From positions 620,001 to 684,000 of the forward strand of contig JBNJNM010000021.1 in assembly GCA_052426225.1 (NCBI GenBank): a stretch of DNA of 64,000 bases. Reading direction: 5' to 3'. The notes under the pieces were generated by a model, which was not told the origin of the DNA, did not search any database, and saw only the letters and a list, made by a program, of their open reading frames with translations. The DNA comes from Zancudomyces culisetae HAW-14-8. Its lineage: Eukaryota > Fungi > Kickxellomycota. Below are positions 38,785-49,800 of this stretch, piece by piece; the first letter of the stretch is position 1, and each line of letters starts with the position of its first letter. Made by a program: the position numbers and the translations under genes.

Positions 38785-40330
38785 ACTATTGTTATTGAAT
38801 TGGTCTAATAACAAAAATGCTACATCGAAACTATAAACCTGATACCAGTTCTAAATTCCAGATACTGGAGATATGACTAGCAGCTACAATGGTTTATCCG
38901 CCTGGTCTACCCACTTACCTTGAAATAAAGTTCTGCACATTTTCGAGGAGTTCGTCTGTTATTATATTTAGTAAAGACGATACCACTAACACACAGTATA
39001 CTCCGCTACAATTTATATATTTATATATCATTTTTATTCTGCTCCAAAGATATGATACATATATAAAGCAGTTTCAAATTAGAGATGTATTATTATGTCA
39101 ACTAAAGATTACAAAAATATGATCCTGAAGTATCTATTATGTATTCATATCTTAATTACCGTAGATCAACCTCTCCACCTTCGCACATATAAAATCCTCC
39201 GCTTGGTAGCTTCATACTCATCATCCATTTATAAATCTTCTCCCTATAGTTTATATCAGCTCGTGTTAATTAGTCTCCTCTATTTCTGAGAAAGCTAATT
39301 AATAAACAATGCAATAGTAGGTGTCGAACAATAATAGGTACATATAGTAGATGTAGATGTATACCTGTCAACTACAGCATAGGCCTCTTTTGTTCCCACC
39401 AACGCAAGAGTACATACAGCAGCGTATGTTGTTGCTAAATGTGGTTTTTGATCAAACCCGCCCCCAAACCCACCTTGTTCCTTTTGTAGCATTTCCATTT
39501 TATTAATCGTTCTATAATTAGTAAGTATCTGCATATAAAATAAAAGCTTTTATATATCAATTTGTTTAACCGAATATGTATAGATATAAACAAATATTAA
39601 TAAATCGGTTAGTAAAAGTAAAATCAACAGTTTCGAACTTGCCTCTGTTTTATCTCGTCCGTAAGTTCATAGTCCAGCAATAAGAGGGATCCCAAGCACC
39701 AAAAAGTAAACCATGGTTGAGCAGAATCAAGTGATTGATAGCCCGGAGGCAAGCCTTCCAGTCCTGACAAAAGATATTGAATGTGTTTTTCTTTGTCAAG
39801 CTTTATACTATTTAGTGATTATCACGCGTTTTTTTTACCACAATGAATATTAAATGGGTGTGTTGTTTTTTTTTTGAATGGCAGCCTTGTCGAATAATTT
39901 GTAGTGTTGAGCCATACCTGTTTTTTAAAATTTCATCATTGGTTTCGTTGAATTTCTTTTTTAGAATCTCGAATATATCATTTTCCACATCATCCTAGTT
40001 TATTGCAATCCATGTTTCGTTAATTGTGGACATTTTTTTGTTTTTCAAATTTAAATGTAAAAGTGATAGTGTCGAGAGCGCGACTTTTGGAATTAATAGG
40101 CAATTTTGCTTGAAGCTGAAAGGAAAATGCATAATATCACCTCTCTCTCTCTCTTCCTTACTCACCTGGCATTCAGAAGTGTACGACGGAAATTCGTCGT
40201 CGTTATTCAAAAAATCCACGGGTACCTTAAACATGGTTTGTTCCAACTTTTCTTCAGATGTTTGAATACTTTTTGGAATCATAAGTTTGCTATAATATTT
40301 TAAACTGCTATTCAAACGCAAATCTCCCAT
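37023..40330 (-). CDS. RAM1: Protein farnesyltransferase beta subunit; 12 exons; start ATG uncertain (40330, 40282 or 40234)
   Basis: Spliced motifs LDSAQPWFTFW, GGFGGG..HLATTYAAV, GGEVDLRGVYC, CQNYDGG..ESHGGY, RQMAFEGGFNGRTNKLVDGCYSYW, GGLIDKPGKRPDYYHTLYCLSGL and last exon LHPVYCL. Confidence 0.92.
38020..38086. repeat. Intronic microsatellites (ATAAYY)n and (AGT)n in RAM1; also (ACACCA)n ~37625-37650 and (ATT)n ~38757-38784
   Basis: Visible tandem repeats inside introns. Confidence 0.8.
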
Positions 40331-40626
40331 TGACTTTCAACTCCATTGGTTTTGTATTCTTTTTTTGTTATTTTTACAAACTTAAACTATACCATACAAT
40401 TGCACTAAATGCAGAAAAAAAACCCACTAGAGCTAGACCAATTAATGTTCAGCAATATTTTTTTTGAAAGTTTCGGGAGATTTTTTTTTTGAAAAAATCA
40501 GCAAAAAAAATAGACATAAAAGCAATTTTCGAACACTTATATTGAATCCTCCTTTCTCTTGCTTCCTTTGTTAAGAAGTATAACATTCAGCTTTTAAGCC
40601 AAACTTTAAGTAACAGAGAGAAATAT

Positions 40627-40918
40627 GTAAGTTGCTTCATCTAGATAACATATATGTATGTTCCGCAGCCACACTATATTTATGACCGAATTTTCCAATA
40701 TTGCTACTTTGGTTTTTGGAATCCCTTTGCGCATCTTGATTTTGATTTTTTAATTAAATGTTGAATTGAGATTCGAATCATCTTTGCAGCTACTATTGGA
40801 ACAGTTTGGAACTATTTATTTGATCTTCAAGTTTATGGGACATTCATTTTGATATTTAAACCACATACAGTATTTTTTTATTCTGATCATATTAATAATG
40901 AATTAATGTAATTGATAG
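40627..40918 (+). other. 5'-UTR intron of RPS2
   Basis: GTAAGT donor at 40627 and TAG acceptor ending at 40918, 3 nt before the ATG at 40922. Confidence 0.7.
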
Positions 40919-40921
40919 AAT

Positions 40922-41710
40922 ATGGCTGACGCAGCACCGGCCGATAACCGTGAACGTGGTGGATTTGGAAGAGGACGTGGACGCGGACGTGGTGGAGATC
41001 GTGGACGTGGAAGAAGAGGACGTAGAGGAGACGAGGAGTCCAGCTGGGTTCCAGTCACTAAACTCGGAAGACTCGTAAAGGACGGAAAGATCAAGTCCAT
41101 TGAGCACGTTTACTTGTACTCACTTCCAGTCAAAGAATACCAAATCATTGACTACTTCTTGCCAAAACTCAAGGATGAGGTTATGAACATCATGTCTGTT
41201 CAAAAACAAACAAGAGCCGGTCAAAGAACCCGCTTCAAGGCCTTTGTTGCCGTTGGTGACTCAGATGGTCACGTCGGTCTTGGTGTCAAGTGCTCAAAGG
41301 AAGTTGCCACTGCCATCCGTGGTGCTTTGATCCTTGCCAAACTCTCAATCATCCCTGTCAGAAGAGGATACTGGGGTGCTCGTATTGGTGCTCCACACAC
41401 TGTCCCATCCAAGGTCACCGGTAAGTGTGGTTCAGTAATCTGTAGACTCGTCCCAGCTCCTCACGGTACTGGTATTGTTGCTGCACCTAAGCCAAAGAAG
41501 CTTATCTCATTGGCTGGTATCACTGATTGTTACACCACCTCAAAGGGATCCACCAGAACCCTTGGAAACTTTGTAAAGGCTACCTTTGCTGCCATTGGTA
41601 ACACCTACTCATTCTTGACTCCTGATCTTTGGACCGAGACTCACTTGTCCGCTGATCCATACCAAGAATACTCAGACTTCTTGGCAAAGAATCAAAAGAT
41701 CAAATACTAG
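40922..41710 (+). CDS. RPS2: 40S ribosomal protein S2 (uS5)
   Basis: RGG-rich N-terminus, [27 protein letters not shown] and PVRRGYWG. Strong C-ending codon bias. Confidence 0.98.
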   Translation: MADAAPADNRERGGFGRGRGRGRGGDRGRGRRGRRGDEESSWVPVTKLGRLVKDGKIKSIEHVYLYSLPVKEYQIIDYFLPKLKDEVMNIMSVQKQTRAGQRTRFKAFVAVGDSDGHVGLGVKCSKEVATAIRGALILAKLSIIPVRRGYWGARIGAPHTVPSKVTGKCGSVICRLVPAPHGTGIVAAPKPKKLISLAGITDCYTTSKGSTRTLGNFVKATFAAIGNTYSFLTPDLWTETHLSADPYQEYSDFLAKNQKIKY

Positions 41711-42768
41711 ATGATTTTATAGTATACATCATTTAATTTTTGTCATTTGATGCAGTAATATAATTGTTGTTTTCAAATATCTGGTAACACTGGCTCACTC
41801 TGTTCGTTTGTTTATTGTTTTTTTTGCAGAGAGTGAGGTTTGGCTTGTTCTTGGTTTTTTCCTACGTTTGCAGCCTCTTCCTAGTAGCTGTTTTTTAAGA
41901 TCTGTTGTAGAGGTATGAGGTAAAGGCGTCCTGTTTATGCTGTTTGTATGTACGTATTTATTTGGCAAGTGGTAATGTCCTAAGAGGTCCCTTGAGGACT
42001 GAGGGGAACCAGGTTAGGTAAATACTGCTTAAGAATATTATTTTCGAGCATTTTATGTGATATTGGTTTAATAATTCATCGAAAAAGAAAAAAGTGGGGG
42101 GGGGGGGTTAATGGAGCCAGGGTGGGATTATAAGACATCTAATAATTCTAGATCATTTCTATTTAGAGACATCGTGTTGCCTAAGCAAACTTTATCCTGC
42201 TAGAAAATATTCCTGCTTTCTCAACAGTTCAGAGATTTTTGCAAATCCAAAACTATTCCAGCCTATGGCAAACGGGCACACCAACTATGCAATTATAAAT
42301 CGCACCCTTTTTAACGTACTCAAACATAAGTTTGCACTACAGGATTGAATGAAATATTCAAACAAACATTTGCGTACAACAAAAACCATACAAATAATAT
42401 CACAATGTCCACTCCGCCTATTTTTGAGTTTCCAGAGGAAAACTGGATCAATTTTTTTTACTATTATTCGAGATAATGAGTAAGAGTACTTTAACCTCTT
42501 TTTTTTATTCACATACAACGACATTGAGTTAAACCTTCACAATTTCCCCGTTTAACCCACCACATTAGAATGCCTCAAAAAATTCCTCATTTAAAACGTT
42601 TCAAGTGTATAAAGGACACCATTGAGAAGTGTTTAGAAAAAAAATATTCTGGGCTGTTAACTTGTATTTCAGCTTGATACTTTACTTTTCAAAATTGATA
42701 ATACTGAACTACTACAGCGGCATACCTACATATTCTATTACGATCCCACGAGTACGATTACCTTGAAA

Positions 42769-44871
42769 ATGAAACATACTGCCTCGAAAAAACCATTGAG
42801 TAGGAAACGCAATGTGGAAGTAATCAATAGGATCACCGACCTTGTTACTAGTATAGATAGCAAGACCACAACTATAAAAACCGCAGTACACAACAGTAAA
42901 CGCTTGAAATGTGGTGAAACCAAGGAATTGACCCTTCTTGATAAACTATACGATAATATATATGAATATGTGCTTATAAAAGAGGTAAAAAACAGAAAAC
43001 TTGGCTATCAAGCCTACTACGATCAAAAAATCAAAACTCGCATGATAAAACTGGTGGGTTTCATGATAGAAACCATAAAACTTTGTGTGTTTACAACCCC
43101 AAACCTGATGATACCCGTCAGACTACCCATGCTGATAGAAAACATCAAAAGCCTGAGACTTCCCAGATACATGATTTACACGATATTGATCCTTGGAACA
43201 CAATTGTTACCAGAATCCAGAGTCACAAGATTTCTGGATACCAAAAAAGTGGGAAAAATGGTAAACTATGTCCGCAAAGTGCTTGATGATAGACAGAATA
43301 AGTTCAAAATGAATCACTTGTGGTGTCTTCAAGCTTTGCTTGAACAAAAACTCTCCAACAGGTTTAGCCATACCACACGTATAGACCTAATGAAATCTTA
43401 TAGCGCATGTATCATGCTTGGATTGCACAAAGTTGATTCAGGTGCTTATCTAGGGTTAAAACAGTCCGCACAGGAACAGAATGAAATGGAGTTTAAGCGG
43501 AGAATGTTTTGGATGGTATATCTTAACTACAGCGTTCAAATGGGACTGGTTAAATATACCATATATGGTGGGTTTTTTAAAAGTGCAAATAAACTCCCAA
43601 AAAGCGACTATGAATGGCGAAATGGAATTGAATACAAAGAAGCGGCTCTTATGCTTGTGGAAAACAAAGATCTGATCAGAGCTAGTGAGAGCAGAAGGGT
43701 AAGCCTTGATATTATAAAAATAAAGTGCATGATCTTTGTTGTTCATAATAGAATTTGTGCTTTTCGAAACCGAAGGAGCTTTATGATTAGACGAGACTAT
43801 CAGCTTGACTTTAAAAGATACACTGATCTCTCGAAGCAGTTGAATACTGTTTCAAAAATTCTGAGAAGACATACACTTGATACACTCCAAAAGCTCCAAT
43901 TGTGCGAGAACGCAAACTTTCTTATAATCGACGAAGCCACTGTCAAAAATCTGCTTTTCCAGCTGTGGAGCATGCGCCTCTCTTTGATAAATGCAGCCGT
44001 TCATTTGTGTATGACTGAAATAGCATTTCTAGAGTATTTTTATAATGAACCTTGGCGAGTCCAGATGGCAAAGATGCTGTGTATCGACTATTCACTTGAA
44101 GGTGCAAAGATATTACAGTGGGGTTGTACCAACATTCCGACACAATATATGGATCCAAATATTCACATTTTGGTTTGTTGGATATCGCTGGCACTCGTTA
44201 ATGCAGCCTATATCACAGATCACTCAAAATACAGGGAAATTATTGAGAGCAGAGATTTTATTCTAATGCTATTACAAAAGCTCGAACCAAAATTTCCGAG
44301 TAGAGGAATATTCCAGGAATTCGCTACACAGGTCAACATAGCAAAACAGCATTTTCATAAAACCAACAGGATGATCAACCCCGTGCCTAACATTGTTATA
44401 AACAGTGCAATAACTGAGAAAGATATGGATCCTTGGTTTACCATAGGTCCCCCTCCATCCGCGGGAAGCGGCTGTTGTCTTTTAGCGAACCCCATTCTTT
44501 CTTTACGGGTGCTATCACTAATGTATTATATGGATTATCCCAGCACACCTATCGATTTTGGTGAAAAGGATAATTTTATGAATCTCTTGTATTCATTCAA
44601 TGTTACCTTGGACTTTCTTCATCAAACATCCATGGCGAATTTAAGTGATAAAACTTATCACCAATACGAGTCCTTCAAAAGTTCCGATTTATCAGCAGCG
44701 AAAAACAAGAGTACTATTTCAGGCAACGGTCATGCTGTAAATATTTGTAAAATACTAGAACATCATTCATGGTCAACACAAAACGCTAGAACGTTTGTTA
44801 ACTCGCTCCTTAGGTTACTTTTTCCTGAACACGAAGCAGTTGGGTATGCTGATGACTATAGCTTTGATTAA
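42769..44871 (+). CDS. Fungal transcription-factor middle-homology-region (MHR)-like protein without a visible Zn2Cys6 cluster; 5' end uncertain
   Basis: LGLHKVD...EMEFKRRMFWMVY is the typical Fungal_trans/MHR signature, followed by LPKSD. The frame is open upstream to 42661, with a possible acceptor at 42672. Confidence 0.7.
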   Translation: MKHTASKKPLSRKRNVEVINRITDLVTSIDSKTTTIKTAVHNSKRLKCGETKELTLLDKLYDNIYEYVLIKEVKNRKLGYQAYYDQKIKTRMIKLVGFMIETIKLCVFTTPNLMIPVRLPMLIENIKSLRLPRYMIYTILILGTQLLPESRVTRFLDTKKVGKMVNYVRKVLDDRQNKFKMNHLWCLQALLEQKLSNRFSHTTRIDLMKSYSACIMLGLHKVDSGAYLGLKQSAQEQNEMEFKRRMFWMVYLNYSVQMGLVKYTIYGGFFKSANKLPKSDYEWRNGIEYKEAALMLVENKDLIRASESRRVSLDIIKIKCMIFVVHNRICAFRNRRSFMIRRDYQLDFKRYTDLSKQLNTVSKILRRHTLDTLQKLQLCENANFLIIDEATVKNLLFQLWSMRLSLINAAVHLCMTEIAFLEYFYNEPWRVQMAKMLCIDYSLEGAKILQWGCTNIPTQYMDPNIHILVCWISLALVNAAYITDHSKYREIIESRDFILMLLQKLEPKFPSRGIFQEFATQVNIAKQHFHKTNRMINPVPNIVINSAITEKDMDPWFTIGPPPSAGSGCCLLANPILSLRVLSLMYYMDYPSTPIDFGEKDNFMNLLYSFNVTLDFLHQTSMANLSDKTYHQYESFKSSDLSAAKNKSTISGNGHAVNICKILEHHSWSTQNARTFVNSLLRLLFPEHEAVGYADDYSFD

Positions 44872-45832
44872 TCAAACGAATCAAAACCTAGCAAAGGCAT
44901 GATGAAAATACATTTTTACGCACAGTCAAAGTTATCATATGCCTATTCAAAGTGGAAAATGGGCTGGTACACATCTTAAACCATATAGCGCGAAAGTTTG
45001 CTTTTGTTTTTGTTTTTGGATAGATTCTTCTAATTGATAATATTAAGCGAGCATTTCGAGCTAATTCAGTAGAAGTGTCCTAGGTTATTTATGGTACAAT
45101 CAGAGGGAAGCGGTCAGGTGTACCTTCTCTATGTAGAACTCGTGTTTGATTAACTTGATTACCTTTTTCCTTTGTGTGAATAAATTTACTACAAAGTGCA
45201 CTTAATTATCAGGATTGTTGATTGCTTACTATTAATAAATATCTAGCTCTCACTCAAAACATGAACGGAATCTAGACGGGATTCTATCAACATCATGGGC
45301 GCATTCAAAAATAATTTTAAAACGACAGCAAGTGTCATAATTTGATGGTGTATTTATATCTCTATCGAACAAAAGTTTGTCGCGTACAGCTATTTTAACG
45401 CGCCGAAGGGTGGTGAAAGAATTTGGCCAGAGATTAGGTTATTTATAGCATTTTGCTATAAAATTGAAAATATTATTATACAAATTTTTAACAATATTCT
45501 TGTTTACCCTTATTATTGCCACTATTGTTATTGCTAGTTATTGTTATTTTTATTATAATTATAATTTCCAGGCTTTTCACGAAAGAAAGAATGGTGTTAG
45601 TTGCATTAAACTAAACTAATATAATCATCCAAAAAAAAAAATAGTTTAGCATAGAATAAACAAAACCTTTCAGTGATAATAGTCGCAAAGCTGCCTTTTA
45701 TTATATTCTGGTGTATGTATTTAGTTTATAAAGTGTTTTCAAACAAGAAAATTTCATCTCGAACACCAAACCTGGTAACACTTCGTTTTTGGTTTTTACT
45801 ATTTAACTGAGTGATTTCTCCTTTTTATTCAA

Positions 45833-45882
45833 CCCCCCCCCCCCCCCCCCTACATACATACACACACACAAACACACACACA
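45833..45882. repeat. C18 homopolymer followed by (TACA)/(CA)n
   Basis: Directly visible, 110-160 bp upstream of the ATG at 45993. Confidence 0.9.
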
Positions 45883-45992
45883 CCTTCAACTCAAATTTAC
45901 TTTTATTTTATTTCACTACTCCTTACAAACTAAGGATTACCAAATATCAAATTGTATAAATACAAAAAAAAAATCTTTGCTTTAGTGCCAGA

Positions 45993-47999
45993 ATGTACGA
46001 ACTTATGAACAGGTTTGGGGAGCGAGTACCAGGATTAATAGCCATCGACAGGCAACTGAGAGAATCATACACTCCTTGTGCCCACTTTGCATTTACAAAT
46101 GACGCTGTTCATTTATTGAACACGGTATCAAAAATTGAGACATATGTCCAGCAATCCGGTCGCCACTCCATTGAAATAGTCAACAACGGAATCTTTGATA
46201 AGCTTTGTATTTTATTGAGCAGCATCAACACTAAAACACAACTAATAAATTTCAGAACATTTGATGATCTTATTACCAAAATACTTCCCATTCATCAAAA
46301 GCATGCGCACAGAGATATGGATGTACGCTATTTACACCAAGAAAAAACAACCGAAAATGAATTTGGTTATGGCTACAATGTATGTTTACTTTCGGGTAAA
46401 AGGGCTAAGAGGAAGGTTGGTTCAAGTGTAATGCAAGACAGTCATTCCAGTGAAAAATACAAAAGAGTAAAAAGGGCTGTGTATTTCAATTTAATACTAG
46501 ACGAATCAAGGATCAAACAAATCCACGCTCGAATTCTCATTATACTAATTCTAGTGCTTCAAAACGTGGTTCAATTCAAACAAAATATACAAATGCTACC
46601 CAGAAATATTAAACCCAATCCAGTTCGTCTGAATCACTACATTCTAGAGATGTTTTTCATACCATTTGTCACACATACCATTGAGGCCTATTTGACCGAT
46701 TCTGAAATAAGCAGAACCGATGGAACTTTGTACACTTTAACAACCACTGCACTAGCGCATTATATTAAAACCTCAAACTTTAACTGTCCTAGAATGAACT
46801 TACCGTGGAACACCCAAACAAGCAATCGAGGCTATGACCCAAAAAAAACGCAAAGTTTTTTAGAAAACTTCAACAACCTACTAAAGCTTGTAGATTCACA
46901 ACAATTAAATCAGATCCATATTGGTAATAATGAGTTTATAGAGACTGATTTGTTTCTGGTACTCTACAGAAAATTTAAAAAGGCAGGAACTGCTTTCTTC
47001 TTTATAGACGAGGAGAGTCAAAACCTGTTCAAAAATCAAAGTTGCAATGTAGGGTATTTTTCAGAGCAACTCAACAGTACTTGCTCCGCTGAAAGAGTAG
47101 AGTCTTCAAGTAAACCAGAAAAGTGTCAACGCCCACGCTCAAATACTGCTCCTAGCAAAAGAACAGACCACTTAACGTCTCGATCTCCCTTCCAAACCCC
47201 AATCAAGGGAAACAAAACAGGCGCATCGACTAAAAACAAGAATGCTTTTACAACACAAAAGGCAAAAGGTGAGATGGCAGGGGAGATCAAAATTAGTAAT
47301 TGTGCAAGCCCAAACACGCTTTTTATGTTGTTCTCCATTTACAAAGTTATTGAGAATAACTATACCAAATTGATTTCAATTCTGAAAGCACCAATGTCGA
47401 AAATCAATATACTAAACCTCGTATTAAAATATATAGAAGTGAGGCAAGACATAAAAGTAGAGTTGCTGAATTTAGTTTTTCTACAACAAACCCTAATTAG
47501 GGATAGATGCAAATTTGAGTATGTATATAACGAAACTAGCCACCTCAAATTTGCATTAAAATCGATCTACTTCCTTTTAAAGTATGAACCAGAATTATAC
47601 CAAAATATACTACACGTCAGGCTCCCCAATATTGTAACATGTAACACAAGTTACTACGAGAACAAATCAATTTGTAGAAAAGAAACCCTTGCAAAATCCA
47701 AATCAAAGACCATCAATACATTTTTCTTAATTGAATGCCTGACTAGTCCAATACATTCTACTGTCCTAAACCAGTATGCTTCCTCTGTACTAACTCTAGC
47801 CTTTTGTAACAAGAAAGGAAGTCACACTGTATGTTCATCCATGTCGTGTAATGCACCAATATCTCTTAGCAACAAAGGTAGCTTTGTATGTTGTAGAGGA
47901 TGTTTCAGTGTATACTTTTGCAATAAGCGATGCGCAAAAACGGCATGGAATAACAGGCATCAAAATTGGTGTGCTGGTCAAATCCGGAAACATAGATAA
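45993..47999 (+). CDS. MYND-type zinc finger protein, divergent SamB/Mub1-like
   Basis: C-terminal C-x4-C...CRGC..YFCNKRCAKTAW..HQNWC MYND finger. N-terminal LLNTVSKIETYVQQS..IEIVNNGIFDKLCILL resembles the SamB/Mub1 start from memory. Confidence 0.78.
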   Translation: MYELMNRFGERVPGLIAIDRQLRESYTPCAHFAFTNDAVHLLNTVSKIETYVQQSGRHSIEIVNNGIFDKLCILLSSINTKTQLINFRTFDDLITKILPIHQKHAHRDMDVRYLHQEKTTENEFGYGYNVCLLSGKRAKRKVGSSVMQDSHSSEKYKRVKRAVYFNLILDESRIKQIHARILIILILVLQNVVQFKQNIQMLPRNIKPNPVRLNHYILEMFFIPFVTHTIEAYLTDSEISRTDGTLYTLTTTALAHYIKTSNFNCPRMNLPWNTQTSNRGYDPKKTQSFLENFNNLLKLVDSQQLNQIHIGNNEFIETDLFLVLYRKFKKAGTAFFFIDEESQNLFKNQSCNVGYFSEQLNSTCSAERVESSSKPEKCQRPRSNTAPSKRTDHLTSRSPFQTPIKGNKTGASTKNKNAFTTQKAKGEMAGEIKISNCASPNTLFMLFSIYKVIENNYTKLISILKAPMSKINILNLVLKYIEVRQDIKVELLNLVFLQQTLIRDRCKFEYVYNETSHLKFALKSIYFLLKYEPELYQNILHVRLPNIVTCNTSYYENKSICRKETLAKSKSKTINTFFLIECLTSPIHSTVLNQYASSVLTLAFCNKKGSHTVCSSMSCNAPISLSNKGSFVCCRGCFSVYFCNKRCAKTAWNNRHQNWCAGQIRKHR

Positions 48000-48859
48000 G
48001 CTAGGGCTAAGACCCTTATCATTTACGTATTAGATTCGCAATTTTTTAACTCTTTAGCTTTACTCCATTTTCTTCAACTATTCAGTGCAAACTAAATTGA
48101 AAGCTAGTAATAAAAAAACAGGTCAGACATATATCTCGTTTCCATACTTCAGGTACTTAGTACCAGCATAGAACTAATTTTTTCAATAAGTTTTGCCATT
48201 GGTAGTGTTTTTTTTTTATAGTTCTGATACTGGCTAAGTATGTAAAACACACCAATAAGCTGAATTCAATTGTTCTATTCATATATTGACATAGACAATA
48301 CAGTTAAACCTGCTCAAACCCCAAACCCCAAATCCAAGAGATATAGTGTTCTAGCAAAAATTTTCTTTGGAATAGCTTCTTAAAAGTACAGACAGCCTCA
48401 CAGCATCATTGGAGATTTACTAATTTTCTTTAAATGCCTAATCAAACATGTTTTAGATATACAGGCTAAATAGAATATATATCGGAAGTATTATAGTTCT
48501 CAGATAGATTTATGTCGCACTAAAGGGCTATTGGACAAACATCTCTCAGCCAGGAGACATGTATTAAAAGACAAGATTGTGCCCTACCACCAAACTTGAA
48601 GGTTTTTTTTTCGTAACACGTTGCATGGTTCAGGGATCTTGTTCAGTTAACAAGAAAATATATTGTATGACTCTACCACCGTTCTATTATACAATAATTA
48701 AATAAAAATTTGAAACGTAGGCTACCTGAGCAATAATTAAAAATTATAACAGGCATTATTAAGAACATCCAAAAAAAATGACAATATAAAAACTCAAAGA
48801 TGAATGAAAAAAATGCAACATAGTATCAAATAGTTATACTTTAACACGCATATTTCAAA

Positions 48860-49423
48860 ATGCTTTACTTTATAATGATTGTAGTTACAGTTTGTGTTAT
48901 TAAAAACGTGAGTGCGATAGATGAAATCCATAGACTTGCAAAGTCAAAACTTCCCGAGTCTTCTTTATATACCAGGGGCAAACTCGCAATAATGGCTGTG
49001 CGTGCGCTTAACGCTTTTGTAGATGACAAAAATATAGTGGGATACAGGTCATTCCCGTTTTCTAACGACATAGTTAAGGACAGTGATAGATTTACGACCT
49101 ACGCTCTAAAAGAAACGTGTAAAACCGCCATCAGATCCATAGATGGTGTTTTTGAGTGGGATTCAAAGAATACGATGTTTAGCAATTCAAAACCTGGGTA
49201 TATTTGCTCAATTCCATATTTTGATGAGGTAATTGTTGTACCTGTTGATCCCTTTAGCCCTAGCGAAACTAAATATATTATAGTAAAGCTATGTTTCGAA
49301 ATGGACGAACCTTTGATAGATTTTTCATATCAAAGAACAAATGAAAACGGTGAGATAATGAACCCAAACGAAGTTGGTTGCGCATACGCGCTGTTCGCGC
49401 CTCTTAAACTGCACAACATATAA
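48860..49423 (+). CDS. Small secreted protein (187 aa, 4 Cys in the mature part)
   Basis: Signal peptide MLYFIMIVVTVCVIKNVSA|I. Intronless, with a TATAAAA at ~48785 upstream. Confidence 0.78.
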   Translation: MLYFIMIVVTVCVIKNVSAIDEIHRLAKSKLPESSLYTRGKLAIMAVRALNAFVDDKNIVGYRSFPFSNDIVKDSDRFTTYALKETCKTAIRSIDGVFEWDSKNTMFSNSKPGYICSIPYFDEVIVVPVDPFSPSETKYIIVKLCFEMDEPLIDFSYQRTNENGEIMNPNEVGCAYALFAPLKLHNI

Positions 49424-49800
49424 GATTAACGGTATCAGTTTTTAGTATTTGTGCTTTCTTTCTTTAAACAACAGTAACAGTAAAAAGCGGTTTTATGTAT
49501 CATGTTTAACAATAAAAATCGATCAGCATCTCCAAAAAAAGGACACTCACCACAAAGACCAACTAGCTGAACTTGGTGTAGCTGATTTTTTTAACTACAA
49601 AAAGCCTAGACGAAAAATAAATAAATAACATATACACCATTTGCTTATACACGCCCTAGAAAGTGGATGGTAGTACGACTGAGTCGGGTTTGTAAACCAA
49701 ACAATGTGATGATTAGTATTATTTGCTTTACTCAACTCTATTCCCATTTCTAAAAAAAATATTGAATAAAATGCTCATCTCTTCCGATTATGCAAGAATC

